From: the human T2T-CHM13v2.0 reference genome, Homo sapiens
DNA length: 64,000 nucleotides
Assembly (NCBI RefSeq): GCF_009914755.1
Contig: NC_060943.1
Direction: 5' to 3' (one strand)
The position numbers and the translations under genes are program-made. The notes beneath the pieces were generated by a model. The model saw only the letters and a program-made list of their open reading frames with translations, was not told where the DNA came from and did not search any database. This document shows, in pieces, positions 44,445-60,550 of this stretch. The stretch's first letter is position 1. Each line of letters opens with the position of its first letter.

Positions 44445-46118
44445 ATCCACTCATTATTCAATGGGCACTTCGGTTGGTTCCACATCTTTGCAATTGTGAA
44501 TGGCTGAGCCAGCCATTCTTAACTGGGGGTGATTTTGTCCCCATGGGGGTATCTGGCCACATCCCGAGAGGTTTTTTGGTTGTCACGAGTTGCAGTGGGG
44601 GCAGGCTCAGGCTCATCCAAGTCCAGGGGTGCTGCTATACATCACGTGATACACAGGACAGTCCTTGCTACGGACTGAATTGGTCCCACCAAACGTCATG
44701 TACAAGCCCTACCCCAGATGTGACTCTATTTGGACACAGGGCTTTTCAGAGGTAATTAAGGCTGGTCAGGCGCCGTAATCACAGCACTTTAGGAGTTCTG
44801 TGTTTATTACTGGTAAGTGGGTAAGAGCCCAGTGTGGCAGCTCACGCGTGTAATCCCAGCACTTTGGGAAGCGAAGGCAAGGGGATAACTGGAGGCCAGC
44901 AGTTCAAGACAAGCCTGGTCAATACAGCAAGACTCCATCTCTATAAAATATTTTAAAATTAGCCAAGCATGTTTGGCATGCACCTGTAATCCCAGCTCAG
45001 GAGGCTCAGGTGGGAGGATTCCTTGAGTTTAAGGCTGCAGTGAGCTAAGATCGCACCATTGCACTCCAACCCGGCTGTGGGCAACACAGCACCACCACCA
45101 TCTTGGCTGGGCACGGTGGCTCACGCCTGTCATGCCAGCACTTTGGGAGGCCGAGGCGGGTGGCTCACCTGAGGTCAGGAGTTTGAGACTAGCCTGGCCA
45201 ACATGGTGAAATCACGCCACTGCACTCCAGCCTAGGCAACCAAGTGAGACTCTGTCCGCCCCACCACCCCACCAAAAAAAAGACTACTATCTTAAACAAA
45301 ATCAAAATTTTTAAGTAGATAAAATATTTAGGGGAAAAAAACTTCAATTAAATATGCAGCAGAGTCCGACCCAGATGTTTTCACTCCCAGCCTCTACCTA
45401 CTATCTTTGTGTCTTTATTTTTAGCAAATTCTACACGGGAACTTCATGTGCATGTAGAACCCTAAATGTTGACTCAGCCCTACCTCTCATCACCTGACCA
45501 CTTCCTTTATTCACGCTGTCTCTACCACCCTTCCCATCGGTGTGAGCTGTATCCCGCTAAACACTGTTACCACCCACAGCCTGCATTACTACCAGCTGAC
45601 TGTAGCCTTAAACACCACAGTGATCTCGAGCATTTGAGAAGACTTATCTTGACAAGGGCTCACGAAAGACAGCAATGCTCAACAGCAAGATAAATGAGGG
45701 CCTTCATGGGATCATTCAGTGCTGAAGCCACTCAACCTCCAGGTTTGGGTTAGTAAAAAGAACTTTGTCAGGCCAGGCACAGTGGCTCACGCCTGTCATC
45801 CCAGCACTTTGGGAGGCCAAGGCGGGCAGATCACCTGAGGTCAGGAGTTCAAGACCAGCCTGGCTAACATGGTGAAACCTCGTCTTTACTAAAAATACAA
45901 AAATTAGCCAGGCATGGTGACGCACACCTCTAGTCTCAGCTACTCCGGAGGCTGGGACAGAAGACTCACTTGAACCCAGGAGGCAGAGGTTGTAGTGAGC
46001 CAAGATCGCACCACTGCACTCCAGCCTGGGCGACAGAGGCAAGACTCCATCTCAAAAAAAAAAAAAAAAAAAAAGAAAAGAAAACTTTGTCATACAAGCT
46101 TTCAACCTAAAGCATTAG

Positions 46119-46484
<366 letters not shown>

Positions 46485-47084
46485 TAGTCTCATCACCTAC
46501 CGCAAGTGTGGAGAGCCAAGTGAGGAGAGGGGTCAGTCCCTTTTGGCAGCGCCTGGAAGCCAGTGCTAACATCATGGTGACAACTTTTCATTCTTAAGGA
46601 AAATTGCGGAGTGACTTCTATGCATTTTCTATGAATGACCAAATACAGGGTGTGGAAAAGCTGTGTTTGCCATGGCAATGGGAAGCCGAGAGAAACGGGG
46701 AGGCGAGAGAGACAGAGACATACCCAGAGACTCCCAGAGACAGCCACACAGACTCACACAGAAACAGACAGACAGGCTGGGCTCGGTGGCTCACGCCTGT
46801 AATCCCACCACTCTGGGAGGCTGAGGCGGGTAGATCACCTGAGGTCAGGAGTCCGAGAACAGCCTGGCCAACATTGTGAAACCCCGTCTCTAGTAAGAAT
46901 ACAAAAAATTAGCCAGGCATGGTGGCACAGGGCTGTAATTCCGGCTACTCGGAAGGCTGAGGCAGGAGAATCACTTGAACCTGGGAGGCGCGGTTGCAGT
47001 GAGCTGAGATCACGCCATTGCACTCCAGCATGGGCGACAAGAGTGAAACTCCGTCTCAAAAAAAAAAAAAAAAAAAAAACGAAA

Positions 47085-47284
47085 GAACAGAGAGACACAT
47101 ACAAAGACAGAGATAGAAACGCCCAGCGACAGAGAGACACACAGAGAAACACAGACAGACACAGAGACACACACACACAGAAACAGACACAGAGACAGAG
47201 AGACAAAAAGACAGACACAGAGAAACAAAGAGAGACACACAGAGACAGAGAGAGAGAGAGACACATACACACACACACAGAGAG
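47085..47284. repeat. (GA/CA)-rich compound microsatellite after an Alu tail
   Basis: Directly visible AGAGACACACAG-type units. Confidence 0.9.
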
Positions 47285-47807
47285 TAGGAGGCGGCCCGTG
47301 GGAGCCGAGCAGAACCAGCGTGAGGCAGGGCCATCTTCTGAATTAAAGGCAACAGTGACTGTAAGCTTGTGCTTTGTGAGTAACAGGATAGATTAGAACA
47401 GGGCTGGCTGCCCATGGCCCACGAGCTGTTTCTGGGAAGCCTCCACAGGTGCCAGCCAGGCCCTGCGCTGCTTCCATGTCCAAAGGCACAGCTGAGAGCT
47501 GATGAGAGACCGCGGGGCCCACAGTGCCAAGCATATGAACTATCTGGCCCGTTTGTCAATGCGTGGGTTGATCACATAAGTTATGATCACATAAGTCACA
47601 AAGACACACTGATCACATAGATGCACCTGGCAGCTAGTAGACCACGTGGTGCCTGAGTTAGGGAAGAAAAGAAATAGAAGAATCAACTGAATCATCCCTG
47701 AACTTCTTAGCAATACTTCCTCCTAGACGAAGCACAGAGTACCATGTTTATTGCAGGTTTGCTCCTGAGCATGTCAATAAACGCAGCTGCAACGAGAGTG
47801 CTCTAAC

Positions 47808-47813
47808 TTTATT
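47808..47813 (-). terminator. NLRP7: Likely NLRP7 polyadenylation signal (second AATAAA at 47747-47752)
   Basis: TTTATT on plus strand about 205 nt past the stop codon. Confidence 0.6.
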
Positions 47814-48018
47814 ATCCCTGTGAGAAAGTACATAGCGTGATGTGAAGGGGGTGCGTGACTCGTGCAGAATCTCCCAAAAATAGTGAGAAAACCAGTGTCA
47901 AATCCTACCTCTCGACAGACTCTAGTGTTAACATGTGACCCTCTGACCTGCATTCATAAGACATCTTAGAGACCCGAATCCCGCTTCCTGTGTAATTCGT
48001 AGAGCGATCCCAGGCTGC

Positions 48019-48151
48019 TCAGCAAAAAAAGTCACAGCACGGAGGTGCCGTTGCCCCGGAAGCATTGCAATCAATAGTCAGCTTGGGATTCTTTTCTTTC
48101 ACTTCCTCCAACAGCTTCTTGATTTCCAAATTAGTTTCATAGGTCTTCAAC
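48019..48151 (-). CDS. NLRP7: NLRP7 last exon (exon 11), 133 coding nt
   Basis: ctccag|G TTG AAG ACC; [43 protein letters not shown], stop TGA. Confidence 0.96.
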
Positions 48152-49623
48152 CTGGAGGGATCAGAGAACACAAATGTTCCCAGAAATTCATTCTCAACTA
48201 CCCAGGATGCCTGAATATCTGTTTTCAAACACTCAAAGCAGGAAACGTTTTTGGGATTTTCTGGGGGACAGGGTCTTGCTCTGTTGCCCAGGCTGGGGTA
48301 CAGTGGTGCCATCTTGGCTCTCTGCAACCTCCAGCTCCCAAGTTCAAGCAATTCTCATGCCTCAGGCTCCTGAGTAACTGTGATTACAGGTGTGCACCAC
48401 CACGCTTGGCTAAGTTTTGTATTTACAGTAGAGATGGGGTTTCGACATGTTAGCCAGGCTGGTCTCGAACTTCTGGCCTCAAGTGATCCATCCACCTCGG
48501 CCTCCCAAAGCCATGGGATTACAGATGTGAGCCACAGCACCCAGTCAGAAAGGTTTTCTAAAAAGAAATTTAGACCCACACAATGGGGATCCTTATAAGT
48601 CTAAGAAAAAAAAGATTATGGCCAGGCACGGTGTCTCGCACCTGTAGTCCCAGCACTTTGGGAGGCCAAGGCAGGCAGATTGCTTGAGCTCCGCAGTTCA
48701 AGGCCAGCCTGGGCAACACGGTGAAACCCTGTCTCTACCAAAAATAGAAAAAGTTAGCCAGGAATGGTGGTGCACGCCTATAGTCCCAGCTACTCGGGAG
48801 GCGGAGGCAGGAGGATCACTTGAGCCCAGGAGGCGGAGGTTGCAACGAGCTAGAGATTGCCCTACTGCACTCCAGCCTGGTAACAGAGTAAAACATGCCT
48901 TTAAAAAATAAATTTAAAAAATAGATAATCAGGCTGGTGCACGGTGACTCACGCCTATAATTCCAGCACTTTGGGAGGCCGAGGCGGGCAGATCACCTGA
49001 GGTCAGGAATTCGAGACCAGCCTGGCCAACATAGTGAAACCCCGTCTCTACTAAAAATACAAAAATTAGCTGGGCATGGTGGCAGACAACTGTAATACCA
49101 GCTACTCAGGAGGCTGAGACAGGAGAATCGCTTTGAACCTGGGAGGCAGATGTTGCAGTGAGCCAATACCGCACCACTGTACTGCAGCCCGGGTGACAGA
49201 GCAAGACTCTGCCTCCAAATAAATAAATAAAAAATAGTGGCAAATCAAACCTTCAGTAGAACTAAGAGAATGCCAGAGTGAACCCCAGGGTTAATGATAG
49301 CAAACTTGGCTCTAACGTGGCTGCAGCATGCAAGCCTGTGTATGTGAACATGAGGGGTGGTGATTGTGGAGACACTGGCTTGCTATGTTGCCCAGGCTGG
49401 TCTCAAACTCCTGGCCTCAAACAATCCTCCCACCTTGGCCTCCCAAAGGAGGAACTGAGGAATGAGAAAAGAAATACGCCCCAAACATATGACATAAGAG
49501 ACCACAGGGGGCTAGAGATTTGTCACCAATAGTCCTTGGTGGCATTACAGACCTCGGTCCCACCAACAAGAGAAGCATGACACTATTTAGCTCAAGTTTC
49601 ATGATATACCCCTAAAACCTTAA

Positions 49624-49740
49624 CCCATTTATGCCAGAGGTTACAATTATTTGAACTGCAGACGTGTGAAAAATCGTACCTTGAGCAGGATATAAATAAC
49701 TCCCACATGCTTAGCGTTCCAATAATGCAACACTGGGCAT
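49624..49740 (-). mobile_element. MER85 (piggyBac/PGBD3-derived MITE), one TIR degraded
   Basis: TTAA|CCCATTTATGCC TIR; GGATATAAATAACTCCCACATGCTTAGCGTTCCAATAATGCAACACTGGGCAT resembles the reverse complement of the MER85 5' end. Confidence 0.85.
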
Positions 49741-49991
49741 CATGAAGCAGTTTACATGCGTATCATCTCTACAACTAAAATAACTCTTGAATAAGACAAG
49801 TGGGCTGTGCACAGTGGCTCACGCCTGCAATCCGGGTACTTTGTGAGGCCAAGACAGGAGGATCGTTTGAAGCCAGGAGTTTGAGAACCTCGGCAACACG
49901 GCCACACAGTGCAGCAGAGCAAAACGTTGTCTCAGAAAAGAAAAGACAAAGGCAAGAAGAAACTAAAGGTAGATTACGTTAAAATAAGTCA

Positions 49992-50296
<305 letters not shown>

Positions 50297-50482
50297 TCAA
50301 AAAAAAAGACAGACTCCGTCTCAAAAAAAAGACTCTGTCTCAAAAAAAAATAAAAAATACAAATAAGTCATTGAAAAGATATACACGGGTCACAACTAAG
50401 GGAGCATCTGTAGGACGATCTTCTGAAAAGCTAAGACCCAGGACAGCTCTGGGAACTACCTATTTTTGGATATAATGATTAG

Positions 50483-50484
<2 letters not shown>

Positions 50485-50512
<28 letters not shown>
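50485..50512. repeat. (GT)14 microsatellite
   Basis: Directly visible. Confidence 0.95.
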
Positions 50513-50515
<3 letters not shown>

Positions 50516-50760
50516 CATGCACACACATACACACAAGCTTCCAGTCTGTACTCCAGGATGATTTAAACTCTCAGTATGCCTAGGACTAAGTGTTTTGGGG
50601 GAAAGTTGGACAATATTCAATTCACAGAGCATTTTAGAAAAGTATCTAATTTTTAAATTATCTCCTAAGCTAGGAGTGTGCTATAGAAAGATGCCTTAAG
50701 TTGATCCCTACAAAGAGTACACACACTCCCAAAAAAACTCTTCTCTGCATGGGAAATTCA

Positions 50761-50907
<147 letters not shown>

Positions 50908-51202
50908 CTACAAAAATTGGCCAGGTGCAGTGGCTCATGCCTGTAATCCCAGCACTTTGGGAGGCCAAGGCGAGAAGATCACCTGAGGTCAGGAGCTCGA
51001 GACCAGCCTGGCCAACATGGCAAAACCCCATCTCTACTAAAAATACAAAAATTAGCTGGGTGTGGTGGCGAGCGACTGTAATCCTAGCTACTCAGGAGGC
51101 TGAGGCAGGAGAATCACTTGAACCCAGGAGGCAGAGGTTGCACTGAGCCGAGATAGCGCCACTGCACTCCAGCCTGGGGGACAGAGAGAGACTCTGTCTT
51201 TA

Positions 51203-51406
<204 letters not shown>

Positions 51407-51463
51407 TCACCTCTGTAATCCCACCACTTTGGGAGGCCGAGGCAGGTGGCTCACCTGAGGTCA

Positions 51464-51730
<267 letters not shown>

Positions 51731-51888
51731 TCATGAGGCTGAGGCAGGAGAATTGCTTGAACCTGAGAGGCAGAGGTTGCGGTGAGCCAAGATTGCGCCA
51801 CTGCACTCCAGCCTGAATGACAGAGCACGACTCCATCTCAAAAAAACAAAAACAAAAAACAAAACAAAACAAAACAAAAAACCCATAC

Positions 51889-52059
51889 CTGAGTATCTTC
51901 AAGGATCCAGTTCTTTGTCTTAGAACCCCAAAGAGCTTAATTATGCCACTCTTCCACAAATGATTCTGGCCCAGGTCCAGAGTTTCAAGCTTCTGATTGC
52001 TGAGGAGAGCAGATCCAAGATGCTGACAATAGAAAGGCATGAGGGAGCAGCTCCAGAGG
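51889..52059 (-). CDS. NLRP7: NLRP7 exon 10 (LRR, 171 nt, alternatively skipped)
   Basis: caacag|C CTC TGG AGC ... CTC AG|gtatgg; [14 protein letters not shown]...SLKILR. Confidence 0.94.
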
Positions 52060-53105
52060 CTGTTGAGGAAGAACATGGAAATCGACGCATTCACTGAGCA
52101 GGTAGTGGCTCAAGCGTGTAATCCCAACACTTCGGGAGGCCAAGGCGGGTGGATCACTTGAGGCCAGGTGTTCGAGACCAGCCTTGCCAACACAGTCAAA
52201 CCCCATCTCTACTAAAAATACAAAGATTAGGCAGGGCGTGGGGACAGACACCTGTAGCCCCAGCACCTTGGGAGGCCGAGGAGGGTAGATCACCTGAGGT
52301 CAGGAGTTCGAGACCAGCCAGGCCAACATGGCAAAACCCCATCTCTACAAAAAATTAGCCATGCATGGTGGTGTGTGCCTTTAATGCTAGCTACTTGGGA
52401 GGCTGAGGCACAAGAATCGCTTCAGCCTGGGAGGCGGAGGTTACAGTGAGCCCAGATTGCGCCACTGCACTCCAGCCTGGGCAATAGAATGAGACTCCAT
52501 CTCACAAATATATAACATAAAATGAAAATACAAAAATTAGCCAGGTATGGTGGAACCACCTATAATTCCAGCTACTCGAGAAGCAGGAGAATCGCCTGAA
52601 CCAGGAGGCAGAGGTTGTAGTTAGCCAACATATCACCACTGCATTCCAGCTTGGGTGAAAGAGTGAGACTTGGTCTCAAACAAAACAAAACAAAAAAACA
52701 AGCAGCATATTTGCTGGGGCTCCAGTAGTGAGGAAAGGCAGAGGGGAGTGAGCAGAAGAAATCCTTGTCCTCAGAGTTTTTAGTGACAGCAGACATCTCG
52801 ATATGTTCTATTGAAGACAATGGATGATGGTATTAAAATAAACAGGGTAGAGGTAAGTCAAACAGAGAGGCATTGATTGGCTAGACTTATGCTGGTCATT
52901 TAAGTCCTCTTTTGGAAAGTGATATGAGGAAAGAAACTGAAGGATGGTAGATCATGAACCAGCATGCTAACTGGGGGAGGGAATCTTGTAAATAAAATAC
53001 TGAGCTAGTGAGAAAGTAGAATGATTTATGGCTCATAACTTACACGAGGATCCCCCATAAGGCCCTGTAGGCCACTGTAGAAGCCTTTGGTTTTGTTTTT
53101 TTTAA

Positions 53106-53288
<183 letters not shown>

Positions 53289-54179
53289 TGAGTCTTTGGA
53301 AATAAAGGTATCACGGTCTGGCTTGAGGCTTGAAATATTCCTCAGGGGGATGGGTTAAGAAACTTCAGGAGGCCAGGAATGGTGGCTCATGCCTGTAATC
53401 CCAGCACTTTGGGAGGTTGAGGCAGGTGGATCACTTGAGGTCAGGAGTTTGAGACCAGTCTGGCTAACATGGTGAAACCTGGTCTCTACTAAAAATACAA
53501 AAATTAGCTGGGTATGGTGGTGCACGCCTGTAATCCCAACTACTCAGCTCAATCAGGAGAATCGCTTGAACCTTGGAGGCTGAGGTTGCAGTGAGCCAAG
53601 ATCGCACCACTGCACTCCAGCCTGGGTGACAAAGCGAGACTCTGTCTGAAAAAAGAAAAAAAGTACCCTGTGTTCTAGTGTTTTTTTTCTTTGCTCTACA
53701 GCAAAGCTAAGTAGTAATGACGTGCAGATTCTCTTTGCATTAGGATTGCAGATTCTAGTTGGAAAATAGGTTGCATCCAAGAGATGCAACTGACAAACTT
53801 GGGGGAGAGAAGTGATGAAGAGCTCGCCATTCCATTTGTGGAGACTTTGCATTTTCTGGGGGTGGTATCCCACCTATGGTTCCCTGGGTTTATGAGGTGG
53901 GGCAGGCTCACTGCTTCCTGATTACTGGATCCCAGCAGAAGCAGCATGCTGCTGAAGTCCAGGTCACTGGGGGCCATTGTTATATATATTTCACTTCTCC
54001 AGGCCCTCTACCTGACTTTAGAAGTGCCCACCCACATATATTCAGTTTCTGGAGGGGTTTGATCTTAAAACTGGATCCGAAGTGATACAGTCTGAGATAT
54101 TGAAAACATAGAAATTGGCCGGGCGTGGTGGCTCACGCCTGTAATCCCAGCACTTTGGAAGGCCAAGGCGGGCAGATCA

Positions 54180-54485
<306 letters not shown>

Positions 54486-54783
54486 TCATGCCTGTAATCC
54501 TAGCACATTGGGAGGCCGAGGTGGGAGGATTCCTTGAGCACCAGAATTCAAAACCAGCCCGGGAAAGATGACAAGACCTCATCTCTACAGAAAACAGTTA
54601 CCTGGCCATGGTAATACATGCCTGTAGAGCCAGCTACTCAGGAGGCTGAGGTGGGAGAACCGATCAAGCCTGGAAGACCGAAGCCGCAGTGAGCCGTAAT
54701 CACCCCACTGCACTCCAGGCTGGGGGACAGAGCAAGACCCTGTCTCAAAAAAAGAAAGAAAGAAGAAAAAGAAAATCGCCTAC

Positions 54784-54951
54784 CGTAGGTGTTTTAGGTT
54801 ACAGTTTGGATTCTCTAATGCCTGACAGAGAATCCACAATCCACGAGCTATCTGGTTGATACTCAAGTCCAGGTTTGTGAGGCTGCAGGCTTCTTGGAGC
54901 GCCTCTGAGAGATATCTACAGCCAAGCTTGGTTATGCTGCATTGCTGTAAC
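54784..54951 (-). CDS. NLRP7: NLRP7 exon 9 (LRR, 168 nt)
   Basis: ctgtag|G TTA CAG CAA TGC ... CTA CG|gtaggc; [18 protein letters not shown]...NCNLKHLR. Confidence 0.96.
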
Positions 54952-54997
54952 CTACAGGATAATCAAAGGAAGAGAAGCCTGTTATCCCTCTGGCTAA

Positions 54998-55442
<445 letters not shown>

Positions 55443-55866
55443 TCACGCCTATAATCACAGCAGTGGGAGGCCAAGACGGGCAGATCATTTGAGGTCAGGA
55501 GTTCAAGACCAGCCTGGCCAACATGGTGAAACCCCATCTCTACTAAAAAATACAAAAATCGGGCCGGGCGCGGTGGCTCAAACCTGTAATCTCAGCACTT
55601 TGGGAGACCAAGGTGGGTGAATCACAAGATCAGGAGTTCAAGACCAGCCTGGCCAAAGTGGTGAAACCCCATCTTTACTAAATACAAAAATTAGCTGGGC
55701 ACGATGGCTCACACCTGTAATCTCAGCACTTTGGGAGGCTGAGGCAGACAGATCACCTGAGGTCGGGAGTTCAAGACCAGCCTAAGCAATATGGAGAAAC
55801 CCGTCTCTACTAAAAATACAAAATTAGCCAGGTGTGGTGGCACATGCCTGTAATCCCAGCTACTCA

Positions 55867-55971
<105 letters not shown>

Positions 55972-56032
55972 TCAAAATAAAAAAAAAAATTAGCCAGGTG
56001 TGGCGGCCCATGCCTGTAATCCTAGCTACTCA

Positions 56033-56131
<99 letters not shown>

Positions 56132-56343
56132 TTAAAAAAAAAAAAAAAACATCCAAATGGCCTTCTGATTCCATCCATTTCCAGCTCTGCCTGGGACAAC
56201 AGCTTAGGCTCTGGGTTCAGACCGACCCAGGACAGGATCTGAGCCCTGGGTCACTTATTTTCTGCGTGGTTAGATTATGGAAATTTCACTTTCCCTGTCA
56301 TTTTATTTCATGTTTAAGTTTTGTCTTTAACTGACACATTCTA

Positions 56344-56709
<366 letters not shown>

Positions 56710-57300
56710 TCATCCAAAAAAAAAAAAATGAATCTCAGAAATGACCACTAGCTAGAATTTCTGAACAGGAACAGGTCTTCAACCCTATGCAATCTCTTGA
56801 ATATTTTTCTAACCATAATTTTAATGTGAACAGGTAGCTCACGCTGGGCTTCTTTCCATATAACAAGATTCAGCCAACTATAGTTCGTGGGTCAATTCCA
56901 ACCTGCCACCTATGTCTTTTACAAATAAGGATTTTTGTTGAGTTTTTTTTTGTTTTTTTCTTGAGACGGAGTCTCACTCTGTCGCCCGGGCTGGAGTGCA
57001 GTGGCGCCATCTCAGCTCACTGCAGCCTCTGCCTCCCAGATTCAAGCGATTCTCCTACCTCAGCCTTCTGAGTAGCTGGTACTATAGGCACGCACCACCA
57101 AGCCTGGTTAATTTTTGTATTTTTTAGTAGCGATGGGTTTTCACCATGTTGGCCAGGCTGGTCTCGAACCTTAGGTGATCTGCCCACCATTCACCACCTG
57201 TTCCCCAATAACCTATGGAAATAAAAGTTTAAAAAAAGGTGCCACTGGCCCTACCACATAACTCAATCTACCTCCAATAGCAGGCAGTACTATGTCATAG

Positions 57301-57639
<339 letters not shown>

Positions 57640-57857
57640 TAACCAGGATGGTCTCCATCTCCTGACCTCATGATCCACCCGCCTCGGCCTCCCAAAGTGC
57701 TGGGATTACAGGCATGAGCCACCACGCCTGGCCTCTGCCTGTTCTTTAATTCTTACCAGGTTTTTAAAAGTTACATTTGAAATGAATTAACAAGTACTTT
57801 CATGTCTCTCCTGCTTGAATTCATGTGCACACACACACACACCCAGCAGGGACTTAC

Positions 57858-58028
57858 ACCAAGGTCTGCAGTTTACAATCAGGGTAACTCAAGCCCTCAC
57901 ACAGAAACTTCACCCCTGTATCCCCAATGGGGTTCTTGGCCAAGCACAGGTGTGTCAGCTTCTTGCTGACAACCAAGACAGCAGCAAGGTCCTTGCAACT
58001 GGCTTCTGTAAGACGACAGTTTTCCAAC
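57858..58028 (-). CDS. NLRP7: NLRP7 exon 8 (LRR, 171 nt)
   Basis: ttgcag|G TTG GAA AAC ... TTG GT|gtaagt; LENCRLTEASCKDLAAVL...CKLQTLV. Confidence 0.96.
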
Positions 58029-58777
58029 CTGCAAAAATATGAAACAAATGGTAGAAGGATGAGAACATTTCCACAACTCCAACCTGCTCAGTGATGTCCA
58101 CATGCTAGGGTACTCAGCTTCAGCCCTTCCTGTTCATCCCCTGCCCTCTGTCCTGTGGGAGTCATCATGGCCACAAAAGAGCAGGAAGGCGAGAAGGCCA
58201 AGATGCAGCGGTCCACCTGGAGCCATCACAGGACACAGGTGTTGTTTTTGAGACGGAGTCTCGCTCTGTCGCCCAGGCTGGAGTGCAGTGGCGCGATCTC
58301 GGTTCACTGCCAATCTCCGCCTCCCAGGTTTACACCATTCTCCTGACTCAGCCTCCTGAGTAGCTGGGACTACAGGCGCCCACCACACCTGGATAATTTT
58401 TTGTATTTTTTAGTAGAGACGGGGTTTCACCATGTTAGCCAGGATGGTCTCGATCTCTTGACCTCGTGATCTCCCCGCCTTGGCCTCCCAACGTGCTGGG
58501 ATTACAGGCATGAGCCACCGCACCCGGCCTGTTTTTGGTATTTTTAATAGAAACAGGGTTTCACCATGTTGGCCAGGTTGGTCTCGAACTCCTGAACTCA
58601 GATGATCCGCCCACCTCTCTGCTGAGATTACAGGCAGGAGCCACCGTGCCGGGCCTGAAGCAGGTGTTTATTTCAGCAAGAGGCGCCACGTGGGTGGCGC
58701 AGTAAGTCAGGTGTTACCCTTTCTCTTCTATAGCCCCAGAACTAAACCAGAGCTGCCCATGGGAAGAGGAGACTTAC

Positions 58778-58948
58778 GACAACATCTGCAGGAAGTGTTT
58801 TGGGCGTGTCATGGTCTTGTACAGCAACATGGCACCCTCATCCAGGAGCACATTGGCTGAGAGACGCAGGTGCTTCAGGGACTGGTTGGCTTTGAGGACA
58901 TAGAAGAATTCAGCCCACTGCTCCGGGGTGGCACAGTGACCTCCCAAC
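58778..58948 (-). CDS. NLRP7: NLRP7 exon 7 (LRR, 171 nt)
   Basis: tcacag|G TTG GGA GGT ... TTG TC|gtaagt; [15 protein letters not shown]...HFLQMLS. Confidence 0.96.
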
Positions 58949-58954
58949 CTGTGA

Positions 58955-59164
<210 letters not shown>

Positions 59165-59696
59165 TAGTAGAGACGGGATTTCACCATGTTGGCCACACTG
59201 GTCTTGAACTCCTGACCTCAGGTGATCCACCCACCTTGGCCTACCGAAGTACTGGGATTACAGGTGTGAGCCACCGCGCCTGGCCCAGATCAGCTTCTTC
59301 TGCTTCACTTCCCAAGACATTATGTCTTTGGTTTATCTCATTCTACTCATGCCTCCAACCCTGGCCTGAATTACTGGAGAGATCTAATGTTGCCTCTGCT
59401 TCTTCAAGTATCCCCATGGCCATTAGGGTAACATCCAGCCACTTCTCCAAGAGATTGTAATACAATTCTGTGCAATGTTTCACCAAAACGGCCTGTGTGG
59501 ATGATTTTGCAGGGGGAAAAAAAATTTTTTTTTTGAGACAGGATCTCGCTCTGTTGCCCAGGCTGGAGTGCAGTGGCATGATCACAGGTCACCACAACCT
59601 GTCTCCTGGGCTCAAATGATCCTCCCACCTCAGCATCCACTGTAGCTGGGACTAGAAGGGGCAAATTGATGCTTAATACTCAAAATAAAAATTTTA

Positions 59697-59978
<282 letters not shown>

Positions 59979-60001
59979 TCAAAGAAAAAAAAAAAAAAAA
60001 A

Positions 60002-60261
60002 AGATTCTCATTGAGTGCAGAGAAGGTTGCATGCTCCTTATGAATACCTAACTCCTGATGATCTGAGATTGATGATCCATTCTCCTCAGGCTCCCAAAGT
60101 GCGAGGATCATGCACTCCATAGGATCAGGCACCAACGATTAGCTCCTGTGCCTGATCTGAGATCGAACAGTTTCATCCCAAAACTACCCCCAAACCCGTC
60201 TGTGGAAAAAACTGTCTTGTGCAAAACCGGCCCGCGGTGCAGAAAAGGCTGGGGGCCACTG
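60002..60261 (+). mobile_element. MER1-like hAT DNA transposon fragment
   Basis: GAACAGTTTCATCCCAAAAC..CCGTCTGTGGAAAAA..AAACCGG..AAAAGGCTGGGGCCACTG. Confidence 0.65.
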
Positions 60262-60550
60262 CCTTCAATCCCAACAATTAGGCAAGGTGCAGTCAGGAAT
60301 AGCATGTCCCTAAAGCTGGAACCCAGCACAGAATTCGGGGTGTTTCTTTGCATGGATAGCTGGTTATGCAACACAGAAGACAAGCTGGTGGGGGAAAGAG
60401 GAGAGGCCGACTCCCCCACACAGGCCTGTTTGAGGAATACATTCCCTGTCTGGGACGGCATCTGGAGTGGTTACCCTTTTTCCTAGATCCCCCGGCAACA
60501 CGGTGCAGTGGACTCCAGGTGCTGGGGAGAGCCGTGACCGTGAGACCCAC

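Noticed and set aside
46835-47559. ORFs rich in C/V/S/L or R/D/T/Q
   Set aside because: Translation of the GA/CA microsatellite and adjacent Alu.
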